From NCBI GenBank assembly GCA_030390025.1, contig CM059432.1:69318001-69382000 (forward strand): a DNA stretch of 64,000 nucleotides. The letters run 5' to 3'. Source of the stretch: Squalus acanthias (taxonomy: Eukaryota). Positions 1-11,780 of this stretch are shown here, piece by piece. Positions within the stretch are counted from its first letter, which is position 1; the number at the start of each line of letters is the position of its first letter. Under the pieces are notes generated by a model. That model did not search any database and was not told the DNA's origin. It worked only from the letters and a program-made list of their open reading frames with translations. The translations under genes were made by a program, and so were the position numbers.

Positions 1-437
1 AAACAACAACAACTAGCATTTATAAAGTGCCTTTAATGTAGTAAAACATCCCAAGCGCTTCACAGGAGCGTAATCAGACAAAATTTGACACTAAGCCACA
101 TAAGGAGATACTAGGACAGGTGACAAAAAGCTTGCACAAAGAGGTATGTTTTAAGGTGCATCTTAAAGGAGGAGAGTGAGGTGGAGAGGCAGAGAGGTTT
201 ATGAATTCCAGAGGTTGGGGCCTAGACGGCTGAAGGTACAGCCACCAATGGTGGGATGAAAGAAATCGGGGATGCACAGGAGGTCAGAATTGGCAGAGTT
301 TTCGTAGAGTTGTAGGGATGGAGGAGGTTACAGAGATAGGGAGCGGCAAAGCCAGAGAGGGATTTGAACACAAGGATGAGAAATTTAAAATTGAGGCACT
401 ACTCAACTGGGAGCTAATGTAAGTCAGCGAACACATT
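1..437 (-). mobile_element. L2-type LINE 3' end (tail at window start)
   Basis: Reverse complement matches the 3' end and (GTT)n tail of the L2 copy at 29100-30570; L2 C-terminal-like peptide (..PQPLEF..SPPHSPP..). Confidence 0.8.
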
Positions 438-502
438 GTAAACAACAACAGAAAACGCTGGAAAAACTCAGCAGGCCAGGCAACATCCATGGAGAGAGAA
501 AC

Positions 503-540
503 AGAGTTAATGTTTCAGGTCGAAACCCTTCGTCAGAGCT
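503..540 (-). ncRNA. Minimal type I hammerhead ribozyme motif in pLTR (decayed stems)
   Basis: Minus strand agct-CTGACGA-agggtttcgacct-GAAA-catt-aact; core intact, stem III ACAT (probably from ACGT) and one stem I mismatch. Confidence 0.7.
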
Positions 541-800
541 GAGAAAGAAGCAGGAAATGAAACAGATAAAAAAGCAAGGGGGAGGCTGGGGGGAGGAATA
601 AAAGAACAAAAGGGGTGGTTTATGGTAAGTAGAGACATTAAGAAATGCTCAAGGCAAGATGAGATGGTAATAGGACAGGTTAAGAAACAAAAGGTGGCTA
701 GAAGTGTGAAGTGTGAAATGCTGGCAGAATGAGAGACAGCTGCCGTAGGGGGAGAGAGAGAAAAGAAAGGGAAAAGGCACAAACCAAAAGGGTGGATAAA

Positions 801-831
<31 letters not shown>

Positions 832-844
832 GTAGGGGCCGAGG

Positions 845-2557
845 TTATGATCTGAAATTGTTGAACTCGATATTGAATCCAGAAGGCTGTAAAGTGCCTA
901 ATCGGAAGATGAGGTGCTGTTCCTCGAGCTTACGTTGAGCTTCTGTGGAACAATGCACGAGGCCGAGGACGGTGAGGTCTGAGTGGGCGTGGAGAGGTGA
1001 ATTAAAATGACAAGCGACCGGAAGCTCGGGGTCACCCTTACAGACTGAACGGAGGTATTCCGCAAAGCGGTCACCCAATCTGCATTTGGTCTCCCCAGTG
1101 TAGAGGAGACCACACCGTGAGCAGCGAATACAGTATACTAGATTGGAAGAAGTACAAGTAAATCACTGTTTCACCTGGAAGGGGTGTTTGGGGCCCTGGA
1201 CAGTGGGAAGGGGGGAGGTATAAGGGCAGGTGTTGCATCTCCTGCGCTTGCACGGGAAGGTGCCGGGCGAGGGGGAAGGGGTGCTGGGGGTGATAGAGGA
1301 GTGGACTAGGGTGTCTCGGAGGGAGCGGTCCCTACGGAATGCTGAAAGGGGAGGTGAGGGGAAGATACGTTTGGTGGTGAGATCATGTTGGAGGTGGCGG
1401 AAATGGCGGAGGATGATCCGTTGAATGTGGAGTCAGGTTGGGTGAAAGGTGAGGACAAGGGGAACTCTAACGTGGTTCCGGGAGGGAGGGGCCGGGGTGA
1501 GGGCAGAAGTGCGGGAGATAGAACGGACACGGTCGAGGGCCGTGTCGATCACGGTAGAGGGGAATCCTCGGTTGAGGAAAAAGGAAGACATGTTGGAAGG
1601 TGGCATCGTCGGAGCAGATGCAGCGGAGACGGAGAAACTGGGAGAAGGGAATAGAGTCCTTACAGGAGGCGGGTGGGAGGAAGTGTAGTCCAGGTAGCTG
1701 TGGGAGTCAGTGGGCTTGTAGTGAATGTTGCTCAATAACCTATCCCCAGAGATGGAGACAGAGAAGTCGAGGAAGGGAAGGGAAGAGTCGGAGATGGACC
1801 ATGTGAAGGTGAGGGAAGGATGGAAATTGGAGGCAAAGTGAATGAAATTGTCTAGTTCAGGGCGAGAGCAGGAAACGGCACCGATACAGTCGTCAATGTA
1901 CCGGAAAAAGAGGTGAGGGAGGGGACCCGAGTAGGACTGGAACAAAGAGTGTTCCACATATCCCACGAAAAGGCAGGCATAGCTAGGACCCATGCGGGTA
2001 CCCATAGCAACACCTTTGATTTGAAGGAAATGAGTGGAGTCAAAGGAGAAGTTGTTCAATGTGAGAACAAGTTCAGCCAGGCGGAGGAGGGTGGCGGTGG
2101 ATGGGGACTGGTTGGGCCTCTGTTCAAGGAAGAAGCGGAGCGCCCTCAGGCCATCCTGGTGGGGGATGGAGGTGTAGAGGGATTGTATGTCCATGGTGAA
2201 AAGGAGGCGGTTGGGGCCAGGAAACTGGAAACTGTTAAAGTGGTGGAGGGCGTCAGAGGAATCGCGGATGTAGGTGGGAAGAGACTGGACAAGGGGAGAA
2301 AAAATAGAGTCGAGATAGGAAGAGATAAGTTCCGTGGGGCAAGAGCAGGCTGAAACGATGGGTCTACCAGGGCAGTCCTGTTTGTGGATCTTGGGAAGGA
2401 GGTAGAAGCGGGCTGTGCAGGGTTGGGGAACTATGAGGTTGGCGGCTGTGGGGGGAAGATCTCCAGAGGAGATGAGGTCAGTGACAATCTTGGAAACGGT
2501 GGCTTGATGTTCGGTAGTGGGGTCATGGTCCAAGTGGAGGTAGGAGGAGGTGTCGGA
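845..2557 (-). pseudogene. Penelope RT + GIY-YIG endonuclease ORF (frameshifted)
   Basis: RT motifs FYLLPKIHK..PGRPIVS, TMDIQSLYTSI, GVAMGTRMGP, FRYIDD; EN motif NLVYCIRCSRCGLLYTGETKCRLGDRFAEY..PVACHFN; C-terminus GTLQPSGFNIEF. Confidence 0.93.
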
Positions 2558-3197
2558 CTAAAATAAAATAAAATAAAATATAATAAAATAAGAACTGGGT
2601 GTTGCTCTGTGAGTGGGTATTACCAATGATAGTGATAGTGATAGAACACATTGAACACTGACTTCAAATGCTTTGGAACAGATGCGCTGTATAGAGATTC
2701 ACTTTACCTGTGTCACCCTGCATTTTTACTCTACCCAGTAGAGCAAATGGATGGATTTTTTGACTTATGTAAGACCAGGGAGAGAGTAGTATGACTTTGA
2801 AATCCTGATTCAAGGCACAAAGCTTCTGCTGCCCTGCTGAGTTCCTGATCTCAACTATGCTGCTGTGGGAAGGCACCAAGAGATGGCCATACATTTTCCC
2901 ACAGGAAGCAGTGCACGTTGAAGGAACAGCTATCATTGAGCTGACAGTCACATGTACCTCCTACTGGTTCGTTGTTGCAGCATTGGCAGAGGCCTGTGAA
3001 GAGATTGCCTCTCTGCCTGTCTTCACAATTGCTGGAAGAACATGGCTAAGGGAGACCAACAGGAACTAGTAGCAAGAAAGTATTAGAAGGTAGCACACCT
3101 AACAGAATAATAAACTAAAATAAACTAAAATAAAATATAATAAAATAAGAACTGGGTGTTGCTCTGTGAGTGGGTATTAACAATGATAGTGATAGTA
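2557..3197. repeat. ~83-bp direct repeat pair (2557-2640 and ~3114-3197)
   Basis: actaaaataaa...taagaactgggtgttgctctgtgagtgggtatta(c/a)caatgatagtgatagt occurs twice. Confidence 0.9.
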
Positions 3198-3929
3198 CTT
3201 AGAACTATCTTTCCATCAGAAATGTACCTTATTTCAGTGATGATCTCATCCAATCCTGCAGGTGTACATTTCCAATGTTGACAAAATAGTTGTTTGTAAA
3301 AGTCATTTTCAATAATTCAGTTAAAAGTGATCTTTTACAATTTAATTTTCTCCATCAAGATAAAATAATAACACAAATTCCCTCTCGTTCACTTTTGGAC
3401 CAATGGGAAATAGAAATAGTTGCAATTTCCATAGTCCATCTTATTATATGTAACATCACAAACATGTATAATATGATTTTTTTCTAACCAATGACAGAAA
3501 ACAAACAAAAATAAAAGTAAATATATGCAAGTTTGGGTATAGATAGCCCATATTCAGGAAGTTACCAAAAATATTCGGTATTGAAAGGGGTAAAGTTCCT
3601 TAAATAACATCAAGTCTAGATAAGCACATATTCAGTTCAAGCATACAATTCCACAGATAAATGTCCCATTTACTTCCATTGTGTAGAATGCTTGATCATA
3701 ATATAGCAGTTAAATGTAAAATGTTGCACAATGATCCTATTTTAACTCGCATGGAGCTAAGTACTATAAATCCCAATATATTAAATACCAAAGAACCTTC
3801 ATTATAATTTCTTTGGTTGATATCCACAGTAACTTCATAAACATATTCTTTTTGGATACATTTCATAGTAATTCTTAGCACAATTTATTACTAACTCTAA
3901 TATAACTTGTATTATTTATCAAGTCCTTT

Positions 3930-4350
3930 TACAGGACACCCCAATGTCTTCTACTCTCAGAAATATGTCACATTCCCTTTTAGTAGCGACAGTAGCGACT
4001 CCTTGCCCACTAATATGCTTCAATTTGTTTGTTCCAGCTTGTTCCAGAGGCAATGGTTCTCTGCAATAAAAGTACTTCCTAACATCTAACCTACCCTTTG
4101 CCTACAGCTTTTATATGCATAACCTCTAATCCCACCATCCCTATCCATCTCAAATAAACTATCCAACTAAATCTTCATCAGGAGTCCAAACACATCATCA
4201 TTTAAAAATCCTCAATAAAATCCTCTCTAAGTAAATAACCCTTACTCTTGGTGCCTATACCCATAAAAGACCTTAGATTAGGTTATCATTTTGGTTTCTG
4301 GTGGCTTGATATCCTTCATCATGTTTGGGGATCAAAACCCAACAGTGCAG
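3930..4350 (-). mobile_element. Old degenerate CR1 3' fragment
   Basis: Weak resemblance to CR1 3' end (aagtacttcctaacatctaacct; aaaatcctcaataaaatcctct). Confidence 0.45.
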
Positions 4351-4366
4351 ATGTACCAATTACAGA

Positions 4367-5130
4367 GGGCAAGTTTCTAGTTAGTTGTAATTATGAAGTG
4401 TTATGGGCTGCCTAGATCTCCTAGAGCTTGCTTGACTGCCTTAGGAGTCAGGTGGAATTTCCCAGATTTTTTCCTGAATTGTTTGTTTCTTTTTGGTTTT
4501 TTTGCTTCTCTCTTTTAGTAGCAACTGTAGCAACACCTTGCCCCACTGCAAAAAGAGCAAAGGAGAGGGTCTCAAACTTCACAGAATGTGATGTGGATCT
4601 ACTGCAGAGTGAAGTAAGGCAGAGAAGGGATGGCATTCTGGATTCTGGAGGCAAGAATCCTTCCAGTGCAGATTCTCATGTACTGTGGAAGTAGGTGGTG
4701 GTGGCAGTCAATGGAACCTCCATAACCCCAAGGAACCCTTACAATGTTGGAAGAAATGAAATAAGCTGTCACAAGCAGTAAAGGTAAGTAAACTTGTCAA
4801 CTAAGTGTCAGCACTGCCTGGTGAGACCCTCAGAAAGAAGTCATCACTCCCTGTCCTCAATGATTAGGAACTGCACTTTGGGGTTTCATAGAAAATAAAT
4901 AGCTCCATGCATCAGTGTACCTCTCATATGGATCTTCCCACAACAGCAACCCCAACATCCTGGCATGCATTTAACCATGTGAAGCTCTCATCCTATGTCC
5001 AAGTGTCAGTTCAGCTCTTTCCATTTCAATCATGCTTTGAAAACTAGCACTCATTAGTGATACACATCAAGACCGCTGCTGCCATATCATGTGTATGCGG
5101 GAAGTTAGCACACAATACTAACTTCCATCA
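4367..5130 (+). mobile_element. Harbinger derivative with Myb/SANT exon 1 remnant
   Basis: KRAKERVSNFTECDVDLLQSEVRQRRDGIL..LWK*V...QCWKK; donor AAG|gtaagt after 4783; TIR-like gggcaagtttc at 4367. Confidence 0.7.
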
Positions 5131-5133
5131 TAT

Positions 5134-5641
5134 ATAAGAACAAAAGAACATAAGAATTAGGAGCAGGAGTAGGCCATCCGGCCCTTTGAACCTGCTCCGC
5201 CATTCAATAAGATCATGGCTGATCTTTGACTTCAACTCCACTTTCCTGCCCGATCCCCATATCCCTTCATTCCCCTAGAGTCCAAAAATATATCTATTTC
5301 AGCCTTGAATATACTCAACGACTCAGCATCCACAGTCTTTTGGGGTAGAGAATTCCAAAGATTCACAACCCTCTAAGTGAAGAAATTCCTCCTCATCTCA
5401 GTCTTAAATGGCCTACCCCTTATCCTGAGACTATGCCCCCTAGTTCTAGACTCTCCAGCCAGGGGGAACAAACTCTCAGCATCTACCCTGTCAATCCCCC
5501 TCAGTATCTTATATGTTTCAATGAGATCACCTCTCATTCTTTAAACTTCAGAGAATATAGGCCCAATCTACTCAATCTCTCCTCATAGGACAACCCTCTT
5601 ATCCCAGGGATCAATTTAGTGAACCGCCTCTAAGGCAAGTA
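5134..5641 (-). mobile_element. CR1 LINE 3' end
   Basis: (aagaacat) tail plus taggagcaggagtaggcc hairpin; near-identical to 26468-26990. Confidence 0.92.
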
Positions 5642-5994
5642 TAATAGAATTATATAATATAAACAATGGGATAGCCATTGAGAACTACGTTTTTCTGCCT
5701 TCAGAGATTATGGCCTTGTTTTTTTAACATCTCTGCTCGCCCTTTTTTCAGCATGAATGGGGTGGTACCAAGACAAAATAGCATAAATAAACTTCCTGTG
5801 TTAGGCACACCCGCTGCTTAATTCAAGGCCTCAATTTAGGCAGCTAGCACTCCTGCTGGAAACAGGCAGACCTGCCACATTACTTCATTCAAGTCTGGGT
5901 CCCATTGACATAGTGAGGACCCCAGTGCTATTTTGGTCATCAGTAATATGGCTCCCGCTCAGGGGGTATCCCAGGACAAGTGTCAGTTAAATGG

Positions 5995-7975
5995 TAATAC
6001 AAAAGCAAAATACTGCGGAAACTGGAAATCTGAAATAAAAACAGAAAATGCTGGAAATACTCAGCAGGTCCGGCAGCATCTGTGAAGAGAGAAACAAAGT
6101 TAATGGGTTGGATTTTGCAGGGGATCAGTGGGCGTAATCGGTGGCGGGTCAGGTAGGAAAGCTTTTTTTCCCCCTGCGGGTCGGGACCCCGCTGTGAACC
6201 TGCCACCAATCACCTTTAACAAATGTTGGGTCTGTCAGCGTTGAGTAGACCTGACACGCAACGGCAGGGGAGGCAATTAAAATCATTAGTGTTTTGTTCC
6301 CCAGCTTTTTGGATTTGACAGATCGCCCACCAGTTTCTTGCTGTGCCTAGACCTCATCTGTGAAGCTGAGGCAGGAGGTCAGTGGCCATTGAATCAGCTG
6401 ATGAGTTGACAGCTTCAAATGTCAAGTCAATGCTCCCAGCTGATTAAGATATGTTCCCTTAACCATTAGCTTCTCTAAACTGCATTTCCACTACAGATTC
6501 AGGATGCTGCAAGTCTTTACCAAGTCTCCATCCAGTCTGACCTCATTACCTCTCCCACCCTTGACAGATCGCTTCTGTCATCTCTACTTCACCTGCCATC
6601 TATTCCATCAGCATGGGTGCCCTTGCAACTCTCTCACCTTGGTCCTCAGAATCCCACCACGATCAGCCCCAACACCAGCTTCACCAGGCACACCAGCAGC
6701 ACCAAGGACCAGCAACACCAACAACAACATCAACTTTCTCCACAATTAACTGATGCTGCACAGGACACAGGGCATCAACACCCGACCACATTGCTGCCCA
6801 GGAAGCCAGGGATGGCCTCACCATGGCCAGATTTACTTCACTTGTTGCTGTACACCCTGGCTGACACACGATGCGCCAGGTTGGCACCACCCCATACCAA
6901 CACCATAAAGCATCCTTACAATGCCCAAGCCATTCCTTTCACACTTATCACCATTGCGGTGGGTACCGTTATGTCTCACCAATCACTGAAACTCACTAAG
7001 CCACTTCCAAAGGTGCACAGAAATCTGTCCAAGAACGCAAAGTGTTGAAAATAAAGGTTTCAATGTTTGACACCACATTAACAGAAACTTTACATGAACA
7101 TTGGATAAAACACCCAAGTGCCTACCCTTGTGTGTTGTTAGTTGGTATGATTGCACTAGGATGAGGGTGAGTGTGAGGGGTGGCTAGTGAGATGGGGGAT
7201 GTGATAGTGTAGATGGAGAGGAATGGGTGGAGGTGCAAAGTAAGTTAGTGTAAGTAAGGATGTGCGGGAGTAGGGTAGGGAAGGCAGAGTGATGGGGATG
7301 TGATGAGAGGCACAGCAGGATGAGGTTGAGTGTGGCTTTGTACTAACGTTTTGTGATCTACTGAGATCATTGAAATGTTTGCGGCCATGCACCCAGGTCC
7401 TCCTGACCACATCCCTGCTTGTGCCCTCCTCTGCAATGTGCAACCAGGTTGCGTTGATCTCCTGGGGATGTCTCTTCTGCCCATGGGAAGGAAAGAGAAC
7501 CTCCCTGTGTGCTGTGACTCCCTCCATAAGCATATGGAAGGATTCATGGGAAAGCCTGGGTGCAGCCGTGCACCTCTGTGCAGTGATTGTCAGTGTTTGC
7601 AGCATCTCAATGCTGCAGAACACCGACAGCACAAATGTCAAGATAAAGTTGGCCATGGTCCCTTTAAGGAAACCGGCTGATGACAGGTCATCAAATGGTG
7701 TCACCAGACCCGCTTCCTCTAATTGGCCAGAAACGCATTGGGCGGGCTTAACAAGCCCAATCAATGGAAATTTATTTCAGAGGCCGGGATGGAGCCAGCA
7801 GCGGGGTCGGGACCCGCCACCGACATCGCCCGCCACGGACCCGTCGAGGTTCGTAAATCACGGCCAACGTTTCAAGTCGATGACCTTTCGACCTGAAACA
7901 TTAATTCTGTTTCTCTCTCCACAGATGCAGCCTGACCTGCTGAGTATTTCCAGCATTTTCTGTTTTTATTTCAGT
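5995..7975. mobile_element. Inverted pair of Penelope pLTR fragments (5995-6104, 7866-7975) split by a Harbinger derivative
   Basis: ctgaaataaaaacagaaaatgctggaaatactcagcagg.. and its reverse complement at 7900-7975; approximate TSD tcagttaaa(t/g)gg at 5983 and 7971. Confidence 0.8.
6105..7865. mobile_element. Internally deleted Harbinger (Myb exon on minus strand, transposase N-terminal remnant on plus strand)
   Basis: Diverged TIRs gggttggattttgc / cgtaaatcacggcc; 3-bp TSD aat/aac; Myb peptide AAPRLSHESFHMLMEGV..WLHIAEE..TWVHGRKHFNDL; Gln-rich segment at ~6700-6790 like the N-terminus of the transposase at 19916. Confidence 0.82.
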
Positions 7976-8438
7976 TAAAGGGATTGCTAGAAGCAGGTCT
8001 GGCAATGTTATACATTGATAGTTTTGGAAGTTTTGAGCCTTCAGCATATTAATTGTCCCCCTTATACCTTCTTCCAAGTCCTCAGCCCCTTTATTAATGC
8101 CTGCTATTGTAACGCCCCCCTCCCTTGATCTGCCCAGTCCTCCCCTTATCTCACTACTGCAGGCCCATGCTCTGTGGCTGCCCCACTGGAGTTCCCTCCC
8201 TCCTAAAACAGCAATCTGCCTATCGGAACTTGAAACACACAGGCAGTTTGCCAGTTGATTGTAAATGAAGCCTGACCATCAATATGAGCAGCAAATGGAC
8301 TGGGGGAATGTTAATGAGGCCCGGGAGTTAAAATAGCCTGGGCCTCAGTTCTGCAGCAGCGGGTGTGAGTTTCCAACTAACATCGCCATCCCCCATCCTC
8401 CACCTCCCTAAAATGAATCTGGAGCTAAAATCAGGGCC

Positions 8439-8735
8439 TATGTGTTAGCCCAGATAGGGAGTATCAAGGTGATTAACCATGGGGGGCATCACAATTGATC
8501 CTGCCATCCACACGTGTGCACTTTCTAACAAGTGGCATTGGATAACAATCAAGAGTGGGAACCCTGTCTGATTTTCCCCTCCCTAGCCCAGAGGCACTAA
8601 GGCTAATTATAGTGCTTCAATTACTGCCCAACAGAGATTAGCTGGCTCACCACGGATTGGGAATATATTGTGAGTCCTTCTGGTCTGTATGACTCAGTTA
8701 TGCATCAGCTTTACCAAATTAGCCATCAGGGATGC
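8439..8735 (-). mobile_element. Ancient tRNA-derived SINE, AmnSINE2-like
   Basis: Reverse complement contains ctgggctagggaggggaaaatcagacagggttcccactcttgattgttatccaatg; same family as 31318-32500. Confidence 0.65.
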
Positions 8736-9514
8736 ACTTCTAATTTTCAGAACACATTTGTGAATCTACTCGGCATGTCTTGAACCAGCTTTCTACAGAC
8801 CACGAGTACACAATGTTAGACTATTTCTTACTGTAACTATATTCCTCAGACTCTGCAGATGGAGATGTAAATCCTATTGAGCTTGGAGGATGATCTTGTG
8901 TGCCATACTGCTGGTGTAAGGTAATTTCTTAGTGATGGGTCTGATAACTGATAATCCTAAACACACATACAACAGATCATCCCTGCATTTTGGGTTAAGA
9001 AAAGTTAACAGTAATTGTTGAGAAATTACCACAAAACTGTATCCAGCTTCCATTAGTTCTGTTGTGTTTTGATAACTAAAGGCTCCATAATTATGGGCTC
9101 AAATCCCTTTCACACTTTCTGACTACTGTCCTCTGCTCATCTCTGTTAATTTCTATAATTGCATCTGGATAGAGGACAAATCCCTAAAGCAAATGATGAA
9201 GTTAGTTCATGCTGATGCATTTTAGGAGAAAACTGTTGCTCCCCAAAACTGTTAGTCCTACAGCCAATTAGATTCACTCCAACTGATAAGAGCAGCTGAT
9301 ACACATTCAATATACCCAAGGAAATTCAAATAAAATGGCAGCTGTAATGCTGTATCTATCACTCATATGCAACTGCAAGCAGTCAAAAATTTTTAATAAA
9401 CTTTTGAGCTTCACTATAATACCTTATAACACTAGCTGAACTCCTTTTAGTTCATCTTAATTCCTTTCCATCTCTCCAGTATTCTGAATGTGTTAGTCTT
9501 GGCTCAATGGAAGG

Positions 9515-9790
9515 ATAAGGGCAGCAGGCGCATGGGAACACCACCACCTCCAAGCTCCCCTCCAAGTCACACACCATCCTGACTTGGAAGTATATCGCCG
9601 ATCCTTCATCGTCGCTGGGTCAAAATCCTGGAACTCCCTACATAACAGTACTGTGGGAGTACCTTCACCACACAGACTGCAGCCGGTCAAGAAGGCGGCT
9701 CACCACCACCTTCTCAAGGGCAATTAGGGATGGGCAATAAATGCTGGCCTTGCCAGCGACACCCACATCCCATAAACAAATTAAAAAAAA
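9515..9790 (+). mobile_element. LINE 3' end (CR1/Jockey group), poly(A) tail
   Basis: Near-identical to 46670-46945; AATAAA followed by A-tail. Confidence 0.8.
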
Positions 9791-10375
9791 CTCACTTCTG
9801 AGTCAGAAGGCTGTGGGTTCAAGTCCCACTCATGAAACTTAAGCATGTGATCTAGGCTGACACTTGAGTGCTGCACTGAGGGAGTGCTGCACTGTCGGAG
9901 ATGCCGTCTTTCGGATGAGACGTTAAACTGATGCCCCGTCTGCTCTCTCAGGTGAATGTAAAAGATCCCATGGCACTATTTTGAAGAAGAGCAGGGGAGC
10001 TCTCCCCAGTGTCCTGGCCAATATTTATCCCTCAGCCAATATCACTAAAAAAACAAATGATCTAGTCATTATCACATTGCTGTTTGTGGGAGCTTGCTGT
10101 GTGCAAATTTGCTGCCACGTTTCCTACATTACAACAGTGACTAACTTCAAAAGTACTTAAATAACAACAGAAAATGCTGGAAAAATTCTGTTTCTCTCTC
10201 CACGGATGCTGCCTGGCCTGCTGAGTTTTTCCAGCGTTTTCTGTTGTTATTTCGGATTTCCAGCATCCACAGTATTTTGCTATCGTTCAAAAGTACTTAA
10301 TTGACTGTAAAACGCTTTGGGATGTCCTGAGGTCGTGAGAGGTGCACGTAAATGCAAGTCTATCTTTCTTTCTTT
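9791..10375 (+). mobile_element. Deu-domain SINE (SacSINE1-like) with L2-type tail, interrupted by a pLTR insert
   Basis: B-box gggttcaagtccc; Deu core gtctttcggatgagacgttaaac..aaagatcccatggcact..gtgtcctggccaa; tail aacgctttgggatgtcctgagg..aaatgcaagt. Confidence 0.85.
10161..10285. mobile_element. Penelope pLTR fragment with 5' inversion, 15-bp TSD
   Basis: TSD ttcaaaagtacttaa at 10146-10160 and 10286-10300; sequence matches pLTR at 441-505. Confidence 0.88.
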
Positions 10376-10574
10376 AATGCAAGATCATAAGTATTTTAAG
10401 AAACAGAAGATAGGTATTTGGCCCATGAGCCCATCCTTTCACATATATCCCACCAATTTACCTTCTCATTTTTGGGGTGAAATAGTATTCTCAGCCTATA
10501 AATGCTTACCACATTCAGATGAAATTTCTTTGCTTGCTATTTTAATGGAAGTACGAACTCATTTAAAATAAATT

Positions 10575-10759
10575 CGGGAAATTTTAACCTAATTAGCCTG
10601 ACGGGAATGGCACAGGTTTGGGTTGGATGCTCGTTTTGCACCCCACCCAATTTTACGCTCCATTGATGTCAATGGAGCATACAATCGGGCAGGGTGTAAA
10701 ACAGGCATTTGACCAGAACCCCCTGGTTCCTATCAGGTGGGTTAGATAAAAGTTTCCCC
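10575..10759. mobile_element. Palindromic MITE (Harbinger-type)
   Basis: Ends gggaaattttaacctaa / ttagataaaagtttcccc; central palindrome gctccattgatgtcaatggagc. Confidence 0.75.
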
Positions 10760-10869
10760 AATGGCTTAATGCTCCTTTTAAAATAACAGACAAAGGATGA
10801 TCGGACATGCATTAAGAACTCAAACATTGAATATTACACAATCGATTAATTCCTCACTCTCTTCTCTCT

Positions 10870-11290
10870 GAGAACCATATCTATTTGCCACTTCAACCTA
10901 CTTATACTGTTTGCTTTTCCCTAGTTATTAATTCTACAAGTCTATTACCTTTTGTGTAAAAATGTTCCATCTGACTTCCTTTCATACTCCAAATTTCTAA
11001 CTTTATAAAAGTGTCTTTTGGAATGTGAGCTCTTCATCCCAGTGAAGAATTTGCCTTAATCAGGTTTGCCAGTTCTCTCCATCATGTTAAAATCTGTAGT
11101 TCAGCCCTTTTCATCTTTCCTCTTTTGAAAGAGAACAAACAAAATTGCTCAAGCTTTCCTATAACTTAGGTTTCTGTGCCATCATAAATTGGTTATCTGC
11201 ATACCTTCTCAAGGGCAATGATATCCTTCCTGTGATGAGATGACCTAAACAGCAGATAGTACTCTAGATAAGGTCTAACCAACACCTCAT
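10870..11290 (-). mobile_element. Old CR1 3' fragment
   Basis: LYEVLVRPYLEYYLLFRSSHHRKDIIALEKVCR. Confidence 0.75.
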
Positions 11291-11394
11291 ATAATAACAA
11301 TGATTTGTATAGTACCTTTAACGTAGAAAATGTCCCAAGGCGCTTAACAAGTAGATGGCCAAGCATTAGTAGTTGACGAGATAATGGAGTAAGG

Positions 11395-11780
11395 AACACA
11401 AAAGATTTGCATTTATATAGCACCATATCATGTTGAATCGCTTCACACAAATTGTTTTTTGAAGTGCAGTCACTGTTGTATATAAGCAAAAACAAGTCAT
11501 TTTGCGCATAAGATTCGACAGACAGCAATGAACTAAGTAACTAGTTAAACTATTTTGGTGATGTTGGTTATAGAATGATTATTGGCAAGGACACCAACTG
11601 AACTGCCTGCTTTTCTTCGAATAGTATCAGCGCCAAGTTCTATTTTAACATCTCATCCAAAGGATGGCACCTCTAACAATTCAGTAATCCCTTAGTACTG
11701 CACTAAAGTGTTAGCCTAGATTATGTGCTCAAGTCCTAGAGTGGATCTGAGATGAGAATATTACCAAATGAGCTGAGCCA
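11395..11780 (-). mobile_element. Degenerate Deu-domain SINE
   Basis: Reverse complement of the 9791-10375 family (catctcatccaaaggatggcacctc; ttggcaaggacacc). Confidence 0.75.

Larger units (their letters stand above)
441..2557 (-). mobile_element. Penelope-like retroelement (Neptune type), 5'-truncated, with 3' pLTR
   Basis: RT ORF 1433-2533, Cys linker PGTFPCKRRRCNTCPY (~1215-1265), GIY-YIG domain, 3' pLTR with hammerhead-like motif at ~503-540. Confidence 0.93.

Noticed and set aside
1230..2566. Plus-strand ORFs over the Penelope element (and similar antisense ORFs over CR1, RTE and Harbinger)
   Set aside because: Shadow frames of transposon coding sequence.
7866..7905. Functional hammerhead
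   Set aside because: The CTGANGA core is missing on both strands because of the inversion junction.
9791..9830. tRNA gene
   Set aside because: The B-box belongs to a SINE head; no cloverleaf or acceptor stem.
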